DNA of 64,000 nt from Gemmatimonadota bacterium (lineage in GTDB: Bacteria; Gemmatimonadota; Gemmatimonadetes; Gemmatimonadales; Gemmatimonadaceae), in assembly GCA_031372565.1 (NCBI GenBank), contig JANMLN010000165.1, positions 1 to 64,000 on the forward strand, written 5' to 3'. Shown one piece after another: positions 49,015-56,181 of this stretch. Below the pieces are notes generated by a model, which saw only the letters and a list, made by a program, of their open reading frames with translations, made no database searches and was not told the origin of the DNA. The translations under genes were made by a program, and so were the position numbers. How positions within the stretch are numbered: position 1 is the stretch's first letter; every line of letters starts with the position of its first letter.

Positions 49015-49778
49015 CAGCACTTCCACGGAGCGTGGCCCGACGCCCAGAGCGCTTCGAGCTGTTGCTTGTCGCGGAGTGCGTCCATGGGCTGCCAGAAGCC
49101 TTCGTGCTTGTGCGCAGAGAGTTGCCCGTCGCGCGCGAGCCGTTCCATCGGCTCGCGCTCCCAGACGGTCTCGTCGCCCGTCACGTAGTCGAGCACCCTG
49201 GGCGAACACACGAAGAAGCCAGCGTTGATCCAGGAGCCATCGCCGGCCGGCTTCTCCACGAACTCGCTCACGCGCGTGCCGTCGAGCCGCACGGCGCCGA
49301 AGCGGCCGGGCGGATGCGTCACGGTCACCGTTGCCAATCGCCCTGACGCGGTGTGCTCGGCGATCACGCGCGTGATGTCGATATCGCCCACACCGTCGCC
49401 GTAGGTGAAGCAGAAGTCGCCATCACCCAGGTAGTCACGCACGCGGCGGAGCCGGCCGCCGGTCATCGTGTTCTCGCCCGTATCGATGAGCGACACGCGC
49501 CACGGCTCCGCCTTGGCGCCGTGCACGTCGATCTTGTTGGCGGCCAGGTCGATCGTGACATCGGCCTGATGCAGGAAGTAGTTGGCGAAGTACTCCTTGA
49601 TCATGTAGCCCCGGTAGCCCAGGCAGATCACGAAGTCATGAATGCCGTGTGCGGCATAGAGCTTCATGATGTGCCAGAGGATCGGCTTGCCGCCGATCTC
49701 CACCATGGGTTTCGGGCGCACGCTCGTTTCCTCGGCCAGGCGCGTGCCGAGTCCCCCGGCGAGGATGACCGCCTTCAC
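49011..49778 (-). CDS. rfbF: Glucose-1-phosphate cytidylyltransferase
   Basis: [53 protein letters not shown]. Confidence 0.96.
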   Translation of the reverse strand: MKAVILAGGLGTRLAEETSVRPKPMVEIGGKPILWHIMKLYAAHGIHDFVICLGYRGYMIKEYFANYFLHQADVTIDLAANKIDVHGAKAEPWRVSLIDTGENTMTGGRLRRVRDYLGDGDFCFTYGDGVGDIDITRVIAEHTASGRLATVTVTHPPGRFGAVRLDGTRVSEFVEKPAGDGSWINAGFFVCSPRVLDYVTGDETVWEREPMERLARDGQLSAHKHEGFWQPMDALRDKQQLEALWASGHAPWKCW

Positions 49779-50062
49779 GTGGGTGCGCCGGGCGGGGTGG
49801 CCGTCCGGTACTGCGGATCGTTGTACATCTTGAATTGCCGGTACACCTTGGGCACGACGCGGCCGGAGGCGATGTCGCCGATGAGCTGTGTGAGCTCGGT
49901 GGCCAGATCGTCACGCTGCTCGATCATGACGGCGACCTTGTTGCGGCAGAGCGTGCGGAACTCCTCGGTCACGTCGGCGCGGTCCGCCTGCTCACGCATG
50001 TGGTACAGCTTGAGCTCGATGATGCTCAGCTTGTCGCAGAGCCAGCCAATGGTTTCGGCCAT
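49775..50062 (-). CDS. DUF4254-like protein, C-terminal half
   Basis: [17 protein letters not shown]...[12 protein letters not shown]. Confidence 0.8.
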   Translation of the reverse strand: MAETIGWLCDKLSIIELKLYHMREQADRADVTEEFRTLCRNKVAVMIEQRDDLATELTQLIGDIASGRVVPKVYRQFKMYNDPQYRTATPPGAPT

Positions 50063-50064
50063 GG

Positions 50065-50271
50065 CTACGGGTTCGCCGACTGGGCGTCCGAGATGATCTG
50101 GCGCACGCGCGCGTCGATCTGCTCGATCAGGTCGTTGCGGCGCTGGTTGAGCTTGTCGACGTTGCGCTTGGCGGCGGCCACGACGTGGTCATCGGTGAGG
50201 CGCGCCTTGTCCTCCTCGTGCCACAGTTCGATGTTGGCTTGCGCGAGCTGGGCGATGAGCTGGCCGATCAT
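50065..50271 (-). CDS. DUF4254-like protein, N-terminal half
   Basis: N..LWH.ED.AR......KR..D.LNQ.RNDLIE.ID. Confidence 0.8.
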   Translation of the reverse strand: MIGQLIAQLAQANIELWHEEDKARLTDDHVVAAAKRNVDKLNQRRNDLIEQIDARVRQIISDAQSANP

Positions 50272-50301
50272 GTTGGCGGAGTGGAAGTAGAGGCGGCGGA
50301 G

Positions 50302-50649
50302 CTAGCGGACGACGAGCGTGCCCTTCATGCGCGGATGCACTTCGCAGTGGTAGCGGAGGCGTCCCTTCTGGCGAAAGGTCCAGCGGAACTTGGCGCCCGG
50401 GCTGATGTCGCCCGAGTCGAACTCGCTGGTGTCCATGGTGACCGAGTGCGGTTCGCCGTCGGAGTTGGTCCAGAGGACCGTGTCGCCCGCGGCGAGGATG
50501 AGGGAGTCAGGGCGATAGCGCTTCCCCTTCATGTCGACGACGTGCTGGCGGTTTGGTGCTGCTGCGCGGGACGCCCCCGCCCCTGCGAGCGAGGCGATGG
50601 CAACGGCGGCGCCGAGGACGGCGATACGGAGGCGCGGGAGAACCCTCAT
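50302..50649 (-). CDS. Cupredoxin (amicyanin/plastocyanin-like blue copper protein)
   Basis: Signal peptide, GDTV.W.N.D..PHSV, YHCEVHPRM.G (type-1 Cu ligands H, C, H, M). Confidence 0.9.
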   Translation of the reverse strand: MRVLPRLRIAVLGAAVAIASLAGAGASRAAAPNRQHVVDMKGKRYRPDSLILAAGDTVLWTNSDGEPHSVTMDTSEFDSGDISPGAKFRWTFRQKGRLRYHCEVHPRMKGTLVVR

Positions 50650-51302
50650 CCGTCCCAAAGTTCGTGCTGCGGGAGGCTGGGCGCCACCCGTTGGCGAATG
50701 AGCCGGACGACCGCGTCGAGCGAGGCGGGCGAGGCGACAATGTCGTAGTCGCGGACATCGACGCGGAGAACGGGACAGCGGCGGAAGGCGCCGATCCAGC
50801 GTTCGTAGCGCGCGTGCAACTCGTCCCAGTACTCGACGGGGGTGTCGCGTTCCTTCTCGCGGCCGCGGCGGGCGATGCGCGCGCGGATCTCGTCGAGGGG
50901 GGCGTCGAGGTACACGAGCAGGGTCGGCGCGCGCGCGGCCGGGGAGTACAGGAGTTCGCCGTACAATCGTTCGTAGAGGTCGAACTCCTCGGTGGTCATC
51001 TGGCCGCGTTCGAACGCACCGCGTGCGAAGATCTCGGCGTCTTCGTACCAGGTCCGGTCGAGCACCCAGCCCCCGCCGCGCGCGCGCATGCGGCGGAGCG
51101 CGGCGAAGCGGGTGGCGAGAAAGTGGAGCTGTAGCGGCAGGGCGTAGCGGCGCATCCCGTCCGGGTCGCCGTAGTAGGCGGCAAGCCACGGGTTGTCGTC
51201 GTCGACCGATTCCTGCGCCTGCTGCAGGCCGAAGCGGGTGGCGAGCGCACCGGTGAGGGTGCTCTTGCCGGTGCCCACCATGCCCGCGATTGCGAGAAGC
51301 AT
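50646..51302 (-). CDS. Deoxynucleoside kinase (dNK family)
   Basis: IAGMVGTGKST P-loop, NP.L..YY, LQ..FL..R, DR...ED..IF, RI.RRGR..E. Confidence 0.92.
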   Translation of the reverse strand: MLLAIAGMVGTGKSTLTGALATRFGLQQAQESVDDDNPWLAAYYGDPDGMRRYALPLQLHFLATRFAALRRMRARGGGWVLDRTWYEDAEIFARGAFERGQMTTEEFDLYERLYGELLYSPAARAPTLLVYLDAPLDEIRARIARRGREKERDTPVEYWDELHARYERWIGAFRRCPVLRVDVRDYDIVASPASLDAVVRLIRQRVAPSLPQHELWDG

Positions 51303-51321
51303 GGGGGCCAAGTTACGTGAA

Positions 51322-52824
51322 TCAGGGGGCGGCGGTGGCGTGCAACTCGTCGTCGGCCCGCGGAATCCAGAGCGTGTAGGTGACCTCGCGGCCCGGGACG
51401 GTTTCGCCCCAGAGATAGCCACCCGCCTGCACGGCGAGTGCGCTGACGGCCGCGAGGGCCAGGCCCGTGTCGTCGCGGCGCCCAGCCGACCGCGGCGAGG
51501 TGTCGGTCGCGCGCTGCGCGCTGACGGTGAGTGCCACGTAGCGTCCCGGCGGCGCCACGGAGTGGTCCGGATCGCTCGGACGATGCGCGACTTCATCGGT
51601 GCGAACGGTCATGAAGCCGCCCGACGGGAGGGCGTCCCGGATGACGACCGAGAGGGTGAGCAGCGCCTGCTCGAGGTGCGCGCGATCGACCGGCACGAGG
51701 GGCAGCACCGGGGCCAGATCGAATTCGATCGTGATGGCGGGGGTGACGACGCGCGCGAGCAGGTCGGCAACCTCGCGGACGGCCGCATTCAGGTCGGCGG
51801 CGCGGGGCGCATCAAAGGCGCGGCGCGCGTACCCCAGCAGCTGCTTCACGAGGCTCGACGAGCGCTCGGTCGCGGTGCGAATCGCTTCGATATCGCGGCG
51901 TTCGGCGCTGCCGTCGGCGAACCGTTCGAGCAGGTGCTCGGACGTCGCGAGGGTGGCCGCGAGCAGGTTCTGGAAGTCGTGGGCGACCCCCGAGGCGAGG
52001 CGACCGACCGCTTCGTAGCGACGGGCCTGCCCCTCGACCGCGCGAAGGCGCAGGGGGCTCGCGAGTTCGCGCGCGACGACGCTCCAGCCGGTGAGGGTGC
52101 CGCCGGGGCCGCGGTGCGCCAAGAGCGTCATGGCGACCGGGCAGTCGTCGCCGTTGGCGCGACGCAGCACGACATCGCCGGTCCAGCTGCCGAGCTCGGC
52201 GGCATGCTCGCGTGCCGTCGCGATCACCGCATGCGACTCTGCGGCGAGCGCATCGTCCACGGTGCGGCCTTCGAGGGGGGCGTCCTGCGGCAAGGCGAGC
52301 AGCGCGCGCGCGGCCGCATTACCCGTGAGCAGGCGGCCGGCGATGTCGGCGGTGAGGACGGCGTCGGTGACATGGTCGAGCGCCCCGCGCACCTGGGCGT
52401 TGTCGCGGCGGACGGCGGAGGCGGCGTCGGGCGGCGTGCGCCGACGGGGGGCGGCAACGAGTGTGAGCGGGAGGCCTGGGGGGGGCGTGCCGATCGGTGC
52501 GTGACGCGGCGAACCTTGTTCGCTGTTTGGGCGCTCGGTAGGTTGCCCCGTATGGCGCGGTAGCCAAGTGGTAAGGCAGCGGTCTGCAAAACCGCTATTC
52601 GCCGGTTCGATTCCGGCCCGCGCCTCTTCCGATCCGGCGGTGAAGCTGCCGCCAGTGACCAGCCGAAACGCCCCGCTGCCCGGTGCTGCGGGGCGTTCTC
52701 GTTCCGTGGGGGCTGGCGTGGCGCCCGGCGCTGGCGTGCGCCGATGACTGCCGCTCTTGCGGGGGCGGGGCGACTTGGCCGCGTCGTCGCGGACTGGGTC
52801 GATGGGGTCGAGCACCGGGGACAC
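51322..52824 (-). CDS. PAS + HisKA protein with degenerate HATPase domain; long disordered N-terminus spanning the tRNA gene
   Basis: PAS (ALDHVTDAVL.AD..G.....N), VGRLASGVAHDFQNLL; N/G1/F boxes missing. The start is GTG 52824/52815 (through the tRNA) or GTG 52392. Confidence 0.7.
   Translation of the reverse strand: MSPVLDPIDPVRDDAAKSPRPRKSGSHRRTPAPGATPAPTERERPAAPGSGAFRLVTGGSFTAGSEEARAGIEPANSGFADRCLTTWLPRHTGQPTERPNSEQGSPRHAPIGTPPPGLPLTLVAAPRRRTPPDAASAVRRDNAQVRGALDHVTDAVLTADIAGRLLTGNAAARALLALPQDAPLEGRTVDDALAAESHAVIATAREHAAELGSWTGDVVLRRANGDDCPVAMTLLAHRGPGGTLTGWSVVARELASPLRLRAVEGQARRYEAVGRLASGVAHDFQNLLAATLATSEHLLERFADGSAERRDIEAIRTATERSSSLVKQLLGYARRAFDAPRAADLNAAVREVADLLARVVTPAITIEFDLAPVLPLVPVDRAHLEQALLTLSVVIRDALPSGGFMTVRTDEVAHRPSDPDHSVAPPGRYVALTVSAQRATDTSPRSAGRRDDTGLALAAVSALAVQAGGYLWGETVPGREVTYTLWIPRADDELHATAAP
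52516..52544 (+). promoter_or_regulatory. Sigma-70-type promoter of tRNA-Cys
   Basis: TTGTTC (52516-52521), 17-nt spacer, TAGGTT (52539-52544), 9 nt before the tRNA 5' end. Confidence 0.55.
52554..52625 (+). tRNA. tRNA-Cys (GCA), CCA not encoded
   Basis: GGCGCGG/CCGCGCC acceptor stem, GCC/GGC D stem, GCGGT-CTGCAAA-ACCGC anticodon arm, GCCGG-TTCGATT-CCGGC T arm, U73 discriminator. Confidence 0.97.
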
Positions 52825-52983
52825 TCGCTGGGGCGGGGAGAGAGCCGACCCACGAGAGCTACACGGCTGAGTGGTCGCGCGTCGTGCGGCGCGTCACGAT
52901 CTTCGGGAAAAGTGCGCTTTGCCGCCAATGGCGTGATAGGGCCGAAGTGCGGCGGTGACGCCGGTCACCGCTCCACGCACGGT

Positions 52984-53793
52984 CTACGTGCGCGCGCCCG
53001 CCAGCAGCCACCCCGCGTACCCAAGCCCCATGATCGTGATGAGCGTGCGCACCGCGACCTGCGGCACGCGCTGTGCAAGGCGCGACGCCAGGTAGCCACC
53101 ACTCGCCGCCGAGAGACCGAGGGCGAGCACGAGCGTCCAGTCCACCACGCCACCGATGGCAAAGGTGGCAATGGCCACGCCGTTGAAGCAGAGCGCTGCC
53201 CAGTTCTTGAGGCCGTTCATCTGGTGGATGTTGGTGAGCCCCATGAAGCCGAGGACGCCGAGCATGAGGATGCCGGCCCCGGCGCCGAAGTAGCCGCCAT
53301 AGATGGCGATCAGGAGCTGCACGAGGAGGAAGCCCGTGCTGGGCGGCGCGAGCGTGCCATCTGCGCGCACGACCTGGGCATGCTTGATGATGCCGCCTTC
53401 GGTGGCGAGCCAGCGGACGAGCGGCTTCTGCGCAGCGAAGATGATCGTGGCGGCAAGCACGAGCCACGGGACGAGCGACTTGAACCGTTGTTCCGGCGTG
53501 GCGAGGAGCAGCAGTGCGCCCGCGAGTCCGCCGATGACATTGGGCACGGCGAAGCGCGTGGCCCAGGCGCGTGCGCCGGAGAGCTCGCTCCGGTAGCCCC
53601 ACATGCTGGTGATGGCGCCGGGCCAGAGGGCGACGGTGCTCGTGGCGTTGGCGATGATGGGGGGGACGCCGAGTCCGACGAGGGCGGGGAAGACGAGGAG
53701 CATGCCGCCGCCGGCAATGGAGTTGGCCATGCCGGCGAGGACGGCCAAGGCGCAGACGACGGCGAGCTGGGAGGGGGCGAGGTGGGGGGGCAC
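52984..53793 (-). CDS. Sulfite exporter TauE/SafE (TSUP) family membrane protein
   Basis: NSIAGGG.L..FP.L, ANAT, YGGYFGAG.GI, NGLKN, GGY. Confidence 0.9.
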   Translation of the reverse strand: MPPHLAPSQLAVVCALAVLAGMANSIAGGGMLLVFPALVGLGVPPIIANATSTVALWPGAITSMWGYRSELSGARAWATRFAVPNVIGGLAGALLLLATPEQRFKSLVPWLVLAATIIFAAQKPLVRWLATEGGIIKHAQVVRADGTLAPPSTGFLLVQLLIAIYGGYFGAGAGILMLGVLGFMGLTNIHQMNGLKNWAALCFNGVAIATFAIGGVVDWTLVLALGLSAASGGYLASRLAQRVPQVAVRTLITIMGLGYAGWLLAGART

Positions 53794-53852
53794 GGCGGGG
53801 GGAATCTACCGTGCGTGGGTGGTGGGGGGGCTTTCGGTTGGAGGGGAAAAAG

Positions 53853-53879
53853 CAGGTCCTTCGCTTCGCTCAGGACGAC
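53853..53879. repeat. REP-like element, single copy
   Basis: CAGGTCCTTCGCTTCGCTCAGGACGAC, the same unit as the array at 56083-56180. Confidence 0.8.
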
Positions 53880-53889
53880 GAGGAGGTGA

Positions 53890-55944
53890 TCACACCGACG
53901 GCCGACGCAGCACGTACCGCCGCGCCATCGCCTTGAGCTCCTGCACCTGAATCGGCTTCTCCACCACGTCGTTGGCAATCGAGGACAGGAAGAGCCGGAC
54001 CTTGGCGCTCGTCGCGCCTCCCGTCACGAACACGAACCGCTCGGCCGCATCGGGACGCACGGCGCGTACCTGCATGTACAGCTCATCGCCCGAGAGATGC
54101 GGCATCATGATGTCGCAGAAGATCACGTCGAAGCGCGCGCCGGACTTGACCAGGTCGAGCGCCTCGCGCGGGTCGCTGATGGTCGTCACGTCGTGATCGC
54201 GCACGAGGACGCGCTTGAGCGCGGCGAGCACGCCAAGATCGTCGTCGATCATCATGATCCGGCCGCGATCGCCGGGCGCATCCCCGTCGGACGCTCCGGC
54301 GCTCTGATCCGCACTCTCCGCGGTCCGCAGCGTGATGTGAAAGGTTGTCCCCTCACCGGGCGCCGTGACCAGTTCGAGTTCACCACCCATCGCATGCACG
54401 ATGCCGCGCGAGACGGCGAGTCCGAGTCCCGTGCCCTCACCCACCGGCTTGGTGGTGAAGAATGGATCGAAGATGCGACCGACGATCGCTTCGGGAATGC
54501 CCGGGCCGTTGTCTCTCACGGAGAGGCGCACGCGATCCGTTCCCACCGCGGCCGCCGTGATGGTCACCCGGTTGTTGACCGGATCAGGCGTGGGGAACGC
54601 CTGCGCCGCGTTCATGAGGAGATTCACCAGCACCTGCGTGAGGCGTGATTCGTCACCGAGCACGGCGGGTACCAGCGACACGTCAACCACGGGCTGCGCC
54701 TTGAGCCGCATCTCGTGCAACGCCATGCTGAGCGACGTCTCGACCACCGACTCAAGGTCGACCGCTTGGAGCGTCACATCCTCGCGTGCCAGCGCGCGCA
54801 GGCCGCGCACGATACGTCGAATCCGGTCGGCGCCGGTTCGCGCCTCGTTGAGGCCGTCCATGACCTCGCGCAAGCGCGCCGAGGGCGATGGGCCAGCGAT
54901 CGCACGGATCTCCTCGAGCGCGAGCTCGAGATTCCCCAGCACGAACGAGAGCGGATTGTTGATCTCATGACCTATACCCGCCACCAGGGTCCCGGTCATG
55001 ATCAGGCGATCCTGCTGAGACAACCGCTCGGCCGCCAGCTTGATCGGCGTGATGTCGTGAAACGTCGTCACCGCTTCGCGGCCAACCCCCTCGCTTCCGC
55101 GCGAGACGATCAACGAGTTGATGCTGATCCAGGTCAGTGTGCCGTCCGGCTTGTGCACCCCCATCACCACGTTGCGCTGCATCTCGCCCGTGCGCAGCGC
55201 CACCATGGCCGGATGTTCCTCGCCGGGAAAGGCCGAGCCGTCCTCGCGAACCGCACGCCAACGCGGGTCGACGGACCGTCGCCCTCGTATCTCGTCCGGG
55301 CTCAATCCGAGAATGAGCGACGCGGCCGAATTGGAGCTGCTGATCTGGCCGAGTTCGTCCTGCACGACGACGCCCTCGGCCATGGCCTCGAACATCCCTT
55401 CGAGCCGCCGGGCGTTGGTGCGCGCCTCTTCCCGCTGCTGCACTGTTTCCAGCCGCAGGCGGCGCTTCTCGAGGAGGAGGACGACCTGCCCAGCCAGCAG
55501 CGACAGCATCTCCAGCTGCTCGGGTGAGGGCTCGCGCGGGACGTGATCGATGGCGCAGAGCGAACCGAGCGGCAGGCCGGCCGGTGACCGGAGCGGCATG
55601 CCGGCGTAGAAGCGAACATGCGGCTCGCCGGTGACCACGGGGTTGTCGTGAAAGCGCTCGTCCGCGAAGGCATCGGATACAATGAGCGGCGCATCGTCCG
55701 CGACAACGTGACCACAGAACGAGACGTTGCGGTCGAGCTGCGGGACATCGAGCCCGTAGCGCGCCTTGAACCACTGGCGGTCCGCGTCGACCAGCGAGAT
55801 GAGCGCGATCGGCACTTCCAGCACATGTGCGGCCAGGCGCGCCAGCGCGTCGAACGCCGCTTCCATCGGCGTGTCGAGGACCTCGTAGGCGCGAAGCGCG
55901 GCGAGGCGTTCGGGCTCGTTCGCGGGGGTGGCCGGAGCCTTCAC
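53890..55944 (-). CDS. Hybrid sensor histidine kinase (GAF-PAS-HisKA-HATPase-REC)
   Basis: E.ERL.AL..Y.VLDT GAF, RFYAG.PL, PAS, GHEINNPL, NLLMNAAQA, DNGPGI, FDPFFTTKPVGEGTGLGL, C-terminal REC. Confidence 0.95.
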   Translation of the reverse strand: MKAPATPANEPERLAALRAYEVLDTPMEAAFDALARLAAHVLEVPIALISLVDADRQWFKARYGLDVPQLDRNVSFCGHVVADDAPLIVSDAFADERFHDNPVVTGEPHVRFYAGMPLRSPAGLPLGSLCAIDHVPREPSPEQLEMLSLLAGQVVLLLEKRRLRLETVQQREEARTNARRLEGMFEAMAEGVVVQDELGQISSSNSAASLILGLSPDEIRGRRSVDPRWRAVREDGSAFPGEEHPAMVALRTGEMQRNVVMGVHKPDGTLTWISINSLIVSRGSEGVGREAVTTFHDITPIKLAAERLSQQDRLIMTGTLVAGIGHEINNPLSFVLGNLELALEEIRAIAGPSPSARLREVMDGLNEARTGADRIRRIVRGLRALAREDVTLQAVDLESVVETSLSMALHEMRLKAQPVVDVSLVPAVLGDESRLTQVLVNLLMNAAQAFPTPDPVNNRVTITAAAVGTDRVRLSVRDNGPGIPEAIVGRIFDPFFTTKPVGEGTGLGLAVSRGIVHAMGGELELVTAPGEGTTFHITLRTAESADQSAGASDGDAPGDRGRIMMIDDDLGVLAALKRVLVRDHDVTTISDPREALDLVKSGARFDVIFCDIMMPHLSGDELYMQVRAVRPDAAERFVFVTGGATSAKVRLFLSSIANDVVEKPIQVQELKAMARRYVLRRPSV

Positions 55945-56028
55945 GTGAGCGTGGCGCCGAGCGCCGGTCTGGAGGGAGGCGGAGCGATTACAAACATGAA
56001 TGGCGAATAGTGCGAAGATACAAGCAAA

Positions 56029-56061
56029 CCGCCCGCCGTCGACAGGGTCGACGGCGGGCGG
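56029..56061 (-). terminator. Intrinsic terminator
   Basis: 15-bp perfect stem CCGCCCGCCGTCGAC / GTCGACGGCGGGCGG followed by TTTGCTT on the minus strand. Confidence 0.75.
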
Positions 56062-56082
56062 GTGGTGCGAGAAGCGTTACAA

Positions 56083-56180
56083 GCAGGTCCTTCGCTGCGC
56101 TCAGGACGACAGCGTGCGCAGGTCCTTCGCTTCGCTCACCACGACAGCGTGCGCAGGTCCTTCGCTGCGCTCAGGAGGAC
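56083..56180. repeat. Tandem array of three REP-like units (35-bp period)
   Basis: GCAGGTCCTTCGCT(G/T)CGCTCA(GG/CC)ACGAC-AGCGTGC units starting at 56083, 56118 and 56153. Confidence 0.88.
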
Positions 56181-56181
56181 A

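Noticed and set aside
52554..52625. tRNA-Cys as an integration (att) site
   Set aside because: I saw no duplicated tRNA 3' end and no integrase in the window.
56083..56180. Possible mini-CRISPR array
   Set aside because: The linkers are identical and only 7 nt long; no unique spacers, leader or cas genes.
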